Source: Octopus sinensis (Eukaryota). From it: DNA of 64,000 nucleotides. The notes under the pieces were generated by a model. It saw only the letters and a program-made list of their open reading frames with translations, did no database searches and was not told where the DNA came from. The position numbers and the translations under genes were made by a program. The number at the start of each line of letters is the position of its first letter. The stretch's first letter is position 1. Shown here piece by piece: positions 1 to 12,890 of the stretch. Location: contig NC_043012.1 of the NCBI RefSeq assembly GCF_006345805.1, positions 48,236,001 to 48,300,000 on the forward strand. Direction: 5' to 3'.

Positions 1-315
1 CATGTTGACGAGATCTGGTTTTAAATCGATCGGTAGTCAGACAAATTATCAAAGCGATCTTTGTTCATATGAAATGTGAAAAAACATGTACATATAAGTA
101 ACTTCTCAAGGCACATTCTTCTGAATGACACTAAAATACACTTTTGGAATAACAACTGAATACGCAAGCTCTCTTAGCTGACGTTAGTAATTTTAATTCC
201 TTAATGCTTTCTCATATACAAACACAAATACACGCACACACGCACACACACACATACACACACATATATATATTTGTGCATATAAATACATATATATGTT
301 TCACACACACACACA

Positions 316-1520
316 CCACTATCCACCCAGCCCTTGCCATAGCACTTCCGTGGACCGTGCCTCTGCTGTCTCTCTCCGCACCTGCCCCACCGTAGCACTC
401 TCCCGTTCCCCTCACCTACCACCCCTCCACCCTGTCCCTCCAACGAACCATTCTATGAGCCTTCCGGCGACTCCTGTCCGACCCCTCAACCTCGCAAATC
501 TTTTCCAACCTACCCCTTTCCTATTTCAAAGGAGCCCACAACCTGCGTGACCTCCTGGTCCACAGTTTTTTCCCCTAACCCCACCTCCCAACCTGACACG
601 TTTTCCTGCTCCCCCTCGCTGCAACACTTGCCCCTACCTCTCAAACATCACCATCCTCACAGGCACCCAACATCGGCCCTATCATATCGCCGACTCCTTT
701 ACCTGCACATCTAGCAACGTCATTTGGTGCATCTCCTGCTCTTCTCTGTACATCGGTCAAACGGAACTCCGCTTGGCTGATCGGTTCACAGAGAACCTGC
801 GAGATATTAAGCTTGGCAATAACACTCCGGTCTCACGCCATTTCCGCTCTACCGGTCATTCACTATAGCACCTGTCTATGTTCGGATTGTGTTTGAATAT
901 GAGCCATCCGGTCTCCGGCTTTCGCCGTAAACAGAATATAGTCTTCTCTTCGCTCCTTTGCACCTCTGGACTCAACTCCCCTCCTCTCTTCATCTGACAC
1001 CTACTTCCTCCCTTCACTCCTACCCAAATCCTTCACCCACCCCTACCACACCGCACCCCCACACCACAGCCCACACCACACGCCACCACACACCACTCTA
1101 CTCACTCTAGCACTGACCGCTTCCCAGCACCCACACAACACACTATCATCTGCACATCCACACACGCCCGCACCCCATCATCTACACGTTACAGACGCAC
1201 ACACTTACACACACACACACACAATCACACACGTCAAAGTCACTAGCCCCTATTCATACACACACCCGCACGCGTAACTTCGTTCTGGAATCACCAATGC
1301 TTTATTATCTCCCCTTCTTTCAACCTCACCTCTCAAACTTTTTTCTGCCCAGTCGCCATGCTTGACCGCGAAATCCACAAGTTTTTATTCTCTCTCTGTT
1401 TATTTTCTCTTATTCCTTTTTGTTGAAAAGCGTATTTTCGAAACTTAAAAGACTTACTTTCCTGAGCATCAAACTCATACACCTGCTTGTTGTTCATACA
1501 CTTGTCTTCGCCCTCGGCCA
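316..1520 (+). mobile_element. Degraded Penelope-like retroelement 3' portion (RT C-terminus, Cys-rich linker, GIY-YIG endonuclease, 3' UTR with decayed HHR-like end)
   Basis: Manual translation across frameshifts and stops: YPP..SVDRASAVS; PLTYHPSTLSLQRTIL*AFRRLLSDP; AHNLRDLLVHS; and from 617 RCNTCPYLSNITILTGTQHRPYHIADSFTCTSSNVIWCISCSSLYIGQTELRLADRFTENLRDIKLGNNTPVSRHF. These are PLE linker and GIY-YIG motifs; the Cys-rich linker suggests the Neptune type (inference). 1420-1451 TTGTTGAAAAGCGTATTTTCGAAACTTAAAAG resembles a decayed version of the terminus at 4738. Confidence 0.85.
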
Positions 1521-4500
1521 TGCATGATCTATCTTTCTTGGCTCGACTGCCGACCGCCAACATATCTTATGTACCTATCCTATGTTCCTGCCTCAAGGCC
1601 TTCACGTCAGCTCAATTTGATTCGTCTTTTTTATTGGGATGGCACATGTTGTTATTTTCTTGTTTGTATCTGTAATTGTGTAACATGTTCTCCGTTTTTC
1701 GTCCTTGTTGTTGTACACATTCGCTTGCTTTCTCACAAAAGAAATCTAATGCTCTTAGCTTGGACTGTTTGTGGACAACCAGATTTGAACAGTCTCAAGT
1801 GTAACTGCCCGAAACTGTAAGGACAATTTGGAACCTTGGCTAATGAGAGAAGGCCACGAACGACCCCGTCTTTGTTTTTCCTGTCCGCCTTTGTATCGCC
1901 TATCTGTCTGGATGTGTATTGTCCTCTATTGCGTTTTTGTTCCATTTTTTTTATATTTATATATACATATAGTAGCATACGTAAACATTTGCTCACCTTC
2001 TATGTAATCACGTATATATATATATATTCACATGCATATATATGTATATATATATATGTGTGTTTATGTGTGTATCTGTTTGAATGTATGCATAGATAAT
2101 TTGATGAGAGAAAGGGTTTAGACTTCTCTGAAGGAGAGCTGAATGTAAGAACTAAATAATTTACTGAACTCTATGCGTCTATTAAATGACTTAGCTCTTC
2201 TCCGGAACATTACTTAACGACACATGCGAGCGCGCACACATACTCATGCACACACACAAATATATATAGAGAGAAAAAGAGTGGGAGACATACAGACAAA
2301 TAGAAAGACTGATAGAGAGAGAGGGAGAGAGAGAGAGAGAAGATAGTCAGACAGACTCACAGATTGATAGATAATTATAGAAGTGAATATGAGTGTGTAC
2401 ATAAATGTGTGTGCATGCCATGTATTCTTATGTGCGTATGAGAGCGTACGTGTGTGTGTATGAGATAGAATATCTGTGGGAGGTGCATACTATACACATT
2501 TACACGTGAGAAGGTTCAGTGACATCAGTTTTTAGTTAATGTGAAACATAACATGAAATAATTTAAAAACATTACGAAGAGGCATTTCGTAAATTTCTGC
2601 TTAATAAATTGCATAATATATCCCTTCTGGGTTTTTGTCAATGTGTAGGAAAGCAATCTCAGAGCCGACTATTCCTGTGAGATGGTTTGGTTTTCTTGAA
2701 GTATCAATTTCATTTCGCTTGTGTTGCAAATTCTAATAAATAAATTGAAATACATTGTGTCATTGGTGTCTACTCCTCATCTCGATCGATCCGGTAACTG
2801 CTAGTACTACTCTGACAGAGCATTTGGTTCCCATATTCATATGTCTTAAACTATTCAATCTATAAGTTTCAGCTGAAGTTTCTTTTCAGCTGCTCGAGAA
2901 ATAGGAAATAAGTTCCACAGATAACAGCTGATTCGCCTACTCATTTACACGTTAAGTATTGCAGTGAGATACGGGATTGTCAAGAATTGGAGGCCGTTCT
3001 CTCTCGCAGACTAAGAAACATCCTTGAAACACTAGATTTCTTTTTGCTCTCGCACAGAAACTTATCTAAAATCACAAAAATCATCTCCAGTTTATTACGA
3101 TTCTGTTTGTTCTTCTCATATTAACTTTCATTAACATATTTATATTCGCATTATCCAAACACTTTTTGCTCAAAATTCGAGTTTGAATAAGACTTAATAC
3201 TACGAGCGATATTTAACTTTCTTTACTTACACTTAAAAATTCTCTGTAACACATTTCAAACGTTACCTTTCGCGCAACATTGAGATCTAGAATTACATTC
3301 TCTGAGTCATGGCTTCTTTTGGCTGCAAGTAATAAGCGTGTATAAAAATTGAATAAATATCTCAGATTTTTACTTAGGAGTCCCAAGTAATTGAGTTAAG
3401 GAAGAACCGCCGTAAGACATTATGAAAAGCAATTAACCTAGTAACGCTTGTCTCTTTCAACCTCAATTGTAAGTCACAGCCCAAAGATCATTTTAATATT
3501 TCTGCTTACTATTTCAATGTTGATATTTCCTCTAAGTTGAAGCACTTTCAGCCTGGAGCAAATGCATTTCCTTTCATAATTTTATCAAGTTATAAACAGT
3601 ATGATTTCATTGACGTAAGAAATTATTTGAAATTATAGTTTGGCAATTTCCGTGTGTATATAGTGCGTGTGGGCTGCATGTGAGTCATTATACACACGCA
3701 TGCATACACACACATACGCGCACACGTGCACATGTATAAACATATATCTTTATACGTATATATACATATACATATACGTATGTTCTGTGTCTGCATTTAC
3801 GTATGAATTTATGCATTTATGTATATACATCTAGATATAGCGGGATATTGCGATTAATCTGAAAGACATTTAGGTGCGAGAAGCAAAGAGCTATGCATAA
3901 GAATAAGCGGTTAGATTGATAGAAATATACGATACTGTTTTATACATACATACATACATATACACATATGTAGATATACACACACATACATATACATACA
4001 TACACATATACATACACACGCATACACATACATACATATATACATACACACCCACTTACACACACATATATACGTTATACTTGCTTCAGTCATTTTTGAC
4101 TGCGGCCATGCTAAGGCACCGCCTTGATAAAAAACATGGAACGCTTCACGAATTTGCGTGTGATCCTTGCGAAGGAGCCATTGTGATACAACCATGTAGC
4201 CATCACAGAAAGATATTCTTTTGGACCCAGCTGAAATTCAGGAGACCTAACAGATAAAATTATTTCATGAGGGGTATATAAACCATAAAAGTCAGGAGAT
4301 ATGACATGTGAGTGTATTTATTTAAGCACTTGTCATCATTAGGATTACGGCAGTTTCGGAGCATTACAGTATATAACAAATTATGCAGACATGAAAAATA
4401 AATTATTTTACACTGAAATTATTATTATTGTTATTAAATGATGAGTGCCACGCAACAGCTGCAATCCTAAGGATAACAGGTGTTTAAATAAATATACCGA

Positions 4501-4542
4501 CTAATGTCGCACAATCAAAAGCATAGAGCAGCAATGTATCTA

Positions 4543-4591
<49 letters not shown>

Positions 4592-4593
4592 AC

Positions 4594-4664
<71 letters not shown>

Positions 4665-4679
4665 TGACCTAGTGTGTAC

Positions 4680-4870
4680 CGTTGGCGATTTTTTTCCTCC
4701 GTATTCCCTTCCTTGGATCTTTCCTTTTCGTATGATTCTGACGAAGAGCACCGCTCGAAACGTTAAATCCTCCTTCTTTCTTTCCTTTCCTGAAGTCCAA
4801 TAACACTATACTTGCTCCACGTCCTCGCGTTGTTGTGTTTTCTCTTTGTGTTTTCATGTCTGGAGTAACT
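4680..4870 (+). mobile_element. Solo PLE-type terminal repeat fragment with minimal hammerhead-like core, ending at (TA)n
   Basis: CTGACGA-A-GAGC-acc-GCTC-GAAAC-GTT-AAATC at 4738-4769. Clearly homologous along its length to 58769-58956; both copies end GAGTAACT followed by (AT)n. Confidence 0.65.
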
Positions 4871-4922
4871 ATATATATGTATATATATATATATGTTTGT
4901 GTGTGTGTGTATATATATATGT

Positions 4923-4962
<40 letters not shown>

Positions 4963-4990
4963 ACCAATATATATAGTCTTTCTTTCTTTT

Positions 4991-5392
4991 CTTTTACTTG
5001 TTTCAGTCATTTGACTGAGGCCATGCTGGAGCACCGCCTTTTAGTCGAGCAACTCGACCACGGGGAGTTATTCTTTTTGTAAGCCCAGTACCTATTCTAT
5101 CGGTCTCTTTTTGCCGAACAGCTAGGTGACGAGGACGTAAACACACCAGCATCGGTTGTCAAGCAATGCTAGGGGAACAAACACAGACACACAAACACAC
5201 ACACATACATATATATATATACATATATACGACAGGCTTCTTTCAATTTCTGTCTACCAAATCCACTGACAAGGCATTGGTCTGTCCGGGGCTATAGCAG
5301 AAGACACTTGCCCAAGATGCCACGCAATGGGACTGAACCCGGAACCGTGTGGCTAGTTGGCAAGCTACTTACCACACAGCCACTCCTGTGCC
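4991..5392 (-). mobile_element. tRNA-derived SINE family B, full length
   Basis: Reverse complement reads GGCACAGGAGTGGCTGTGTGGTAAGTAGCTTG...GGTTCAGTCCC (A/B-box-like head), then GGCATCTTGGGCAAGTGTCTT, an internal (TA)/(GT) tract, and a tail GCGGTGCTCCAGCATGGCC.CAGTCAAATGACTGAAACAAGTAAAAG. Homologous copies at 32.0, 46.6, 51.1, 60.2 and 61.7 kb. Confidence 0.9.
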
Positions 5393-5439
5393 TATATATG
5401 CATATATATATATATATTATATATATATGTATATATATA

Positions 5440-5745
5440 CATTTTAATCCAAACGGGAAAACAAAAAAACAACAACACGTGGAACAATTACAGTATTATT
5501 ATTAATAGGCGCTCAGGAAATATGGAAGCAGGAAGGTATGACGTTTCGAGCGGAGCTCTTCGTCGGAAACATAAAGAAGGAAGAGAGAGGAAAGAAAGAT
5601 CCCAAAGTGGGCAACAAGAGATGGAGAAAAAAAAAACGACTGGTGTTTACGAAGTACACATGGTGAAAGGCGGAAGTTTACGATAACAAGAGCAAAGTAG
5701 GTTTTTAAAGCCAAAAGAGTGGAGACAGGGTTGGTAACGCAACAG
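5440..5745 (-). mobile_element. PLE-type terminal repeat fragment with mutated hammerhead-like core
   Basis: Minus strand 5570-5536 reads GTTTC CGACGA AGAGC TCC GCTC GAAAC GTC ATA, so the core is CCGACGA rather than CTGACGA. Related to the 4680 and 58769 copies and abuts (TA)n. Confidence 0.55.
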
Positions 5746-6236
5746 ATGTGTGTGTATGTGTGAGTGTGTGCGTGTGCGTGTGTGTATGTGTGTGTGAGGC
5801 GAGATAAAAAAACAAAACAACATATGTATATGTTAGAGTGTGCGTCTGTGTGTAGGCGTGTGAGGTAGGGCGAACAGTAGTAGGCAGCAGACAGTGGTCA
5901 GTAGTAAGAAAATGAAGGAAGGAGGAAGGGAGGGAGGGGAAGGGGTGGGGGCGTATGTAACGTGCCAGCGTGTGTTGAGTAGTAGTGTGTGTGTGTGTCC
6001 AGTGTCGTGGTTGTATTAATGGCGAGTAGATTTGAAGTGTGTGTAAGAGTAATGTATATATTTAAGCAATGTGTGTGTGTGAGTGGGTGTATGTATGTGT
6101 GCGCGTGTGTGTAACAAAAAGGGGGGGTTATAAGGAAAAAGGACTCCAGCTGAGGGGAAGATGGAAGAGTGGTCCCGCGGAGACGGGCGTGGGATGTATC
6201 TATATATATATATATATATATTTATTATATAGAAGG

Positions 6237-6287
6237 AGCTTCTACAGGACTAGAACTGTTTCATTCAAGAGAAATCTTCAGGAAGCT
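6237..6287 (-). ncRNA. Type I hammerhead ribozyme motif (copy in sense with the PLE ORF)
   Basis: Exact reverse complement of 10675-10725. Confidence 0.75.
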
Positions 6288-7289
6288 AGTTAACAAGAAT
6301 TGTATTGGCATTTATACATTTAGGCAGGTTTAACGGGGTGTTGGTGGGGGACTTTTTTGGGGGTAGGCATAGCACAAAATATCATACTTGGGGGAGTGGT
6401 CAAGGAGTCAGTGTTAAATTAGATAGAAGAATAAATAAAAAAATAAAAAAATAAAAAAATAAAAAAATAAAAAAAAAAAACCTATATATAAAAACAAAAA
6501 AACCTATATATAAAAAGGGGGGAGAGTTTTAGGTAAATAAGGAGATTCTCACTTATACCTATGCACACATGTATACATATACACACACATGCAAACATAT
6601 ATACACATACATACACACATACATACACACACATATATATACATATATACACTTACACATACACATACATATACATATCTACACATACACATATATGTAT
6701 ACAACACACTCACATGCATACACGTATACACACATGTATATATACACACACGACCTCACATACATATACGCACAGAAAAAATATATATACACATACACAC
6801 ACATACTCACATACACGCATACACACACATATCCACACACACACATGCACACACAGCACACTAGTCCCTATATACACATATATACACATACACACACATA
6901 TACACACACATACATACATATACATACATGTATACATATACATATGTGTACCTATGCAAACCTACACATACACACATATATATACACATACTAATACAGA
7001 CCCATTCCCTAATTTTAAATTTATTATCTTCGTTTATTACTTTTGTTATCTTTGGCCGCTTGGTCACAAGCATCTTGGCTATGACAGCCAGTCCATTCAT
7101 CTGTCTACTGGAAAACAAGCACTCATTCACTCACGCACACTCTTTAGCACGTACTCTCACTCATTCGTACACTCATACACATACACGCACGCACGCGTTA
7201 TATTCATACATACATCCATCTACATACATTCACGTATATACACATCCGTACGCGTACCTACAGATTTATGTCTACACTCTTAGAAGGCT

Positions 7290-8136
7290 AGTCAATATAT
7301 ATACACCAATAAAATAAATACACACACATACATATACACCTACATACAAATACATACATGTATATATATATATATATATAATATATAATATATATATATA
7401 TATATAATATATATAATATACATATATACATATATATACATATATATATTCACACATATATATACATACACATATATACACACACACATATATACACACA
7501 CATACGCATACACACACATATACATATATATACACTACACGCACATACACATGTACATGCGTACCCATACACACACACACGCGCGCGCATCCATATATAC
7601 ACATAAGTACACACATGCGTAAAAGTATACATATATCTATGCTTACACATACACACACACACACACGCGCCTCCTTATATTCATACTTACATGCATACTC
7701 AAAAAATAAGTAAATAGTAAAATATATATACGCGCAGTTATTCGTACATGCATACTCAAAAAATAAATAATAAATATTAAGTATATGTACGTGCAGTTAG
7801 CTATTATATAGACGGATACATACATATAAACTTACACACATATATATATATATATATATATTATATACACATACATATACATACATATATATATACACAT
7901 ACACATACACATACATATATACATACATATACATCTACATATATACACACACACACATACACATACATATATACATATATATACATACTTACACACATGT
8001 ACATATAAATACACACATAGATAACTCTACGTACCTACATATGCATAAACACACGAGCGTACGCGCATATGTACATATACACATACACATACACACGCAT
8101 ATATATACATACATACTTACACATACACACATGTAT

Positions 8137-8173
<37 letters not shown>

Positions 8174-8202
8174 CATACACATACACATATATATATATAT
8201 TC

Positions 8203-8235
<33 letters not shown>

Positions 8236-8654
8236 ATATATATATATACATATATATATATACACATACACACACATACATACACATATATATACACACA
8301 CACACACACACACATACATACACACATACATACACATATACATACATATACACACACATATACACATATACATATACATATACACATACACACACATATA
8401 TACATGTGTGCAAACATACATACATTCTCATACAAGCAGACACACTTACATTTACATATATACACACACTTACACACATATATACATACACATATACATA
8501 CATACATACATACGTATATGCATACATACACACACACACATACAATATATATATATATATATACATACATACACATACACATACCCATACATATATATAC
8601 ACACATATACATATACACATGCACATACTTATATCTCTACATACTCGCATATAC

Positions 8655-8686
<32 letters not shown>

Positions 8687-8909
8687 CTACATATACACAC
8701 ACATACATATACCCATATACGTGTATATATACACACACACACATATATACACATCTACAATTTGTATCTACACTCACATACCTGCACATACACATAACTC
8801 TACATACCTACATATACATCGACATACTCGCGTACACTCATATATATACACATATATACATATACACACACGCATACATATACATATACATATACATACA
8901 TATATATGC

Positions 8910-8974
<65 letters not shown>

Positions 8975-9100
8975 TACTTATATATATATATGTATATATA
9001 TATATATACATACATACATACACACACATATACATACAAGTCCATATACACATACACCCACATATATATACACACACATATACATATATCAACAATTGAG
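7290..9100. repeat. Large compound (TA)/(CA)/(TACA) microsatellite tract
   Basis: Directly visible low-complexity dinucleotide mosaic; source of the IY/HT/VC ORFs. Confidence 0.95.
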
Positions 9101-9461
9101 GGTAAAGTTAATTAGTTATTAATCAATTTCACCAAGTATTCAGTATGTAAAAGGACCATTATTTTTATGAGTAAACAATGTCTGAGGGAAAATATTCTCT
9201 AAGTAGTGGAAGAGGCTAAAAACCTTTTTGGCTGCTATTTCTAGAAAGTTCAGCATGCGGCAAAGCAATCCAATTGACTAAGCCCTAATTATATAATATT
9301 TTATACATACATACACATACATACACACATACATATACACATACATATGCATACACACATGATACACATATACAAGCGTGCACATACAATATGTGAGAGG
9401 TCTTAGGAGAAAAGGTAATCGGGGGTGCTAGGGGAACGGTGGGTTTGGGTGGGGGGTGTCA

Positions 9462-10000
9462 TTAATCTGGTTGCCGGGTAGGTCTATAGTTCTTGTAGTT
9501 CGCATACTTCTTATGCATACAATTTGGGGAGTGTTCTGAGATTTTGTTAAGGAGAGGGCCTTTAGCGAACAAGATCTCTAGGCTCTCCGATATGCAGAGG
9601 TCACAGCAGGTATGGCCTCCTGTGTACGAGCGCGCCTTCTGTAGTAGTTTCCACTTGGTCTTGAAGGGGATGGAGTTCCTGTTAAGGTACCAGATGTGGG
9701 CGGCGAGGGTAGTTTGGTTGGATTTATCCTGTCGCCGGAACGAGTGTGTGTGTGCGTACCAACGGGTCTTAAAGCTGTTTGACGTCATTCCTATGTAGGA
9801 TTTTCTTTTATCGTCAGGGCCTGATCTTACCTCGCATGTATATACTAGGTCCCTCTGTAGGCAGTTGTTGTTGAGGGGGCAGGTGGTTTTATCAGGGCAG
9901 TTGCAATTGCTATCGGACGTTGGATGGGCCTCGGAAAAAGTAGATATGTTAAGTTTTTTCACATTGTTGTTGGCTAGGTTCCTGGCTAGATTGGGCACAT
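9462..10000 (-). pseudogene. GIY-YIG endonuclease domain of a Penelope-like element (5'-truncated, frame still open)
   Basis: PNLARNLANNNVKKL..CNCPDKTTCPLNNNCLQRDLVYTCEV..SYIGMTSNSFKTRWYAHTHSF..TTLAAHIWYL..KWKLL..CDLCISE..LLNKISEH..CMHKK. The VY...YIG, R, E and N catalytic motifs are retained. The first 11 residues of the ORF-track entry are microsatellite from the inverted arm. Confidence 0.9.
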
Positions 10001-10674
10001 ATAGGTACACATATGTATATGTATACATGTATGTATATGTATGTATGTGTGTGTATATGTGTGTGTATGTGTATATATGTGGATATAGGGACTAGTGTGC
10101 TGTGTGTGCATGTGTGTGTGTGGATATGTGTGTGTATGCGTGTATGTGAGTATGTGTGTGTATGTGTATATATATTTTCTGTGCGTATATGTATGTGAGG
10201 TCGTGTGTGTATATATACATGTGTGTATACGTGTATGCATGTGAGTGTGTGTGTGTATACATATATGTGTATGTGTAGATATGTATATGCATGTGTATGT
10301 GTAAGTGTATATATATGTATATATATGTGTGTGTATGTATGTGTGTATGTATGTGTATATATGTTTGCATGTGTGTGTATGTATGTATACATGTGTGCAT
10401 AGGTATAAGTGAGAATCTCCTTATTTACCTAAAACTCTATCCCCCCTTTTTATATATAGGTTTTTTTGTTTTTATATATAGGTTTTTTTATTTTATTTTT
10501 TTATTTTTTATTTTTTTATTTTTTTATTTATTCTTCTATCTAATTTAACACTGACTCCTTGACCACTCCCCCAAGTATGATATTTTGTGCTATGCCTACC
10601 CCCAAAAAAGTCCCCCACCAACACCCCGTTAAACCTGCCTAAATGTATAAATGCCAATACAATTCTTGTTAACT

Positions 10675-10725
10675 AGCTTCCTGAAGATTTCTCTTGAATG
10701 AAACAGTTCTAGTCCTGTAGAAGCT
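10675..10725 (+). ncRNA. Type I hammerhead ribozyme motif, predicted cleavage after GUA at 10719
   Basis: AGCTTC-CTGAAGA-TTTC tctt GAAT-GAAAC AG ttctagtc CT GTA-GAAGCT. Stem I is 6 perfect bp, stem III is ACAG/CTGT (4 bp), and stem II is 3 bp closed by a U.U pair. Confidence 0.75.
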
Positions 10726-10808
10726 CCTTCTATATAATAAATTAATTTTACTCTGCTATGTATTGAGTACCTTATTTACTGTGGTTAACCCCGAATCAAC
10801 CCGGGACC

Positions 10809-10864
<56 letters not shown>

Positions 10865-11125
10865 CTGGCTCTGGGTAAAACGAAATATAGGGGGAGCAGT
10901 TAAATATTACTTTATTCAAAAATTCACACACTGAAATAATGTAGCGGTCCTTCAGTTTTTATAAGTACTGTAAGAGTTACGCAAGGTTTCGTACCCAGAA
11001 AGACAATGCCTTGTGGACAGGTCGTCTGTCTCTATAAGAATACAAAATTTAAAATATCTACGTCGCAAACTTAAGGAAACGCTCAGAGCTCGAGGAATAC
11101 GAAAAAACGTTAAAATTTGCATATC

Positions 11126-11202
<77 letters not shown>
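11126..11202. repeat. (GATA)n tetranucleotide microsatellite
   Basis: Visible perfect array. Confidence 0.95.
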
Positions 11203-11203
<1 letters not shown>

Positions 11204-12462
11204 GTCACTAATCCCAGACGACCTCAATGAATGATTGAATTACACATCCACTTCACTCCCGTGCAACAAGACATAAATTAGTAGCAAATCAATCGTTGTC
11301 GTCTCAGTAATGAGTATTAAATCTTTATCTCAAGTCTAGATCGGTTAACAACGGAAAATTATTCTTAATCGTCTCTTCTTTAGACTGTCGATCGTTAATT
11401 TTGCCATGGATACAGGAGGAGTACCACAGTTGATTATTTTAGCATAGTTTATATCCAGGAGTGTCACGCTTCTCCCACACTTTTATCCGCACAATAAAGT
11501 AAAAAAAATAATAAAAAAGGAACAGCGTTTAGCTATTGAAATTCTCCTTCAAAACATTGTTGCCCGGTTATTGTATCAAAGTTATAAGAAACCAAGAGCA
11601 TGTAATAAATTTTATGCATTTTCCCAGCGTTATTTCCCCTTTTATTTCATGTGGTCCGGTCTTTTTACATAAACTGCTTGTTCTCTTGGCTGATCGTCAT
11701 AAAAGTATATTGATCTGCGTGGTTTCACCAGTAGGTTTTGATCTCGACATAACTACTACTTGAATATGTCTTTCGCTTATTCTGGTTACCTCTTTCACTT
11801 TCCCCCACTCATCATGCTATTCAGAGAAACTTCTATAGGGATGGGTTGACATGAATAAGCTCTATTGCTTGGGATAGAAAAGAGTTCTCAAAATGAGCTT
11901 CGGAGATACGCCTGGTTATTGTATCAGAAATATAAGAGCTGGCTTCGAAAGCCTCCGCTACTGTTGTTTATGAATGCTCAGGATGAAGTTATCATAGTTG
12001 AAATTCCTTCTATTTTTGTAGTTTCGTTTATTGCTTTTTATCAGAACTCTTGTTTCTATTTCCTTTCTTTCTAGATTTTAGACAGAAAACCTTGAAGTGA
12101 ACAAAATAACTACAATTATTTCTGTTGTTTCTTGCTATTATTTTTTTTCTGCCTACATCAGAAAATCTTACTTTACTGTAAAACTTAATAAATAAGTATC
12201 TATGAATGTAGATCCAGATTGCAGTTGGCACTAATGTTTATTTTACCATAACTGCACGGAACAAGTTTTTCACATGAATAACATAAATTCTCTCAGAAGA
12301 AAAAAAAATGAAACCAATTTGATTGAGGTAGCGTTTCCGGCGCGTAGACTATATTCTGATGCAATAACGGAAATCTTAGATCGCTTGATATTCTTCAAGA
12401 CTTTGATATATTTTTTCCTTTGGATTGATTTTCTTACTATAGTTACTACTAGTAGTATTATT

Positions 12463-12495
<33 letters not shown>

Positions 12496-12751
12496 GATGA
12501 TGGTATTGTTATTACTGTTGTTGTTCTTTTTGATTATGATGTTTTCACGTGTTGGTATTTATATTTATGTGTGATTGTGTAAGTTATTGACTATACGTGT
12601 AAATGACTTTTGTTTCCTTATATCTCAAGCGTATACGCGTAAAAACATTCTCCAAACAAATTTTTCCTTCAATACTCATGTGTATTCGAATATAAAATAC
12701 ACATGCTCATATATACACCTTCACTCCACGCACATATAAATGAATGATTTC

Positions 12752-12799
<48 letters not shown>

Positions 12800-12833
12800 A
12801 TATATGTATATATGTATTTATGTAGATACACAC

Positions 12834-12890
<57 letters not shown>

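Larger units (their letters stand above)
6220..10810 (-). mobile_element. 5'-truncated Penelope-like retroelement with inverted upstream pLTR copy, inserted in (TA)n
   Basis: Near-identical ~740-bp inverted repeats at 6220-6955 and 10001-10742 enclose a GIY-YIG ORF remnant (9462-10000) and a microsatellite-rich region. Each arm carries a hammerhead. (TA)n flanks lie at 6201-6220 and 10811-10860. Confidence 0.85.

Noticed and set aside
6561-9122. Long ORFs (240-352 aa) rich in IY/HT/VC, and similar ORFs throughout the window
   Set aside because: They are translations of (TA)/(CA)/(TG) microsatellites, which lack stops in some frames; there is no protein-like complexity.
11560-12080. Weak transposase-like snippets (SDTITRRISE on minus; FYRDG on plus)
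   Set aside because: The matches are too short, the flanking motifs are absent, and they point to different families on opposite strands.
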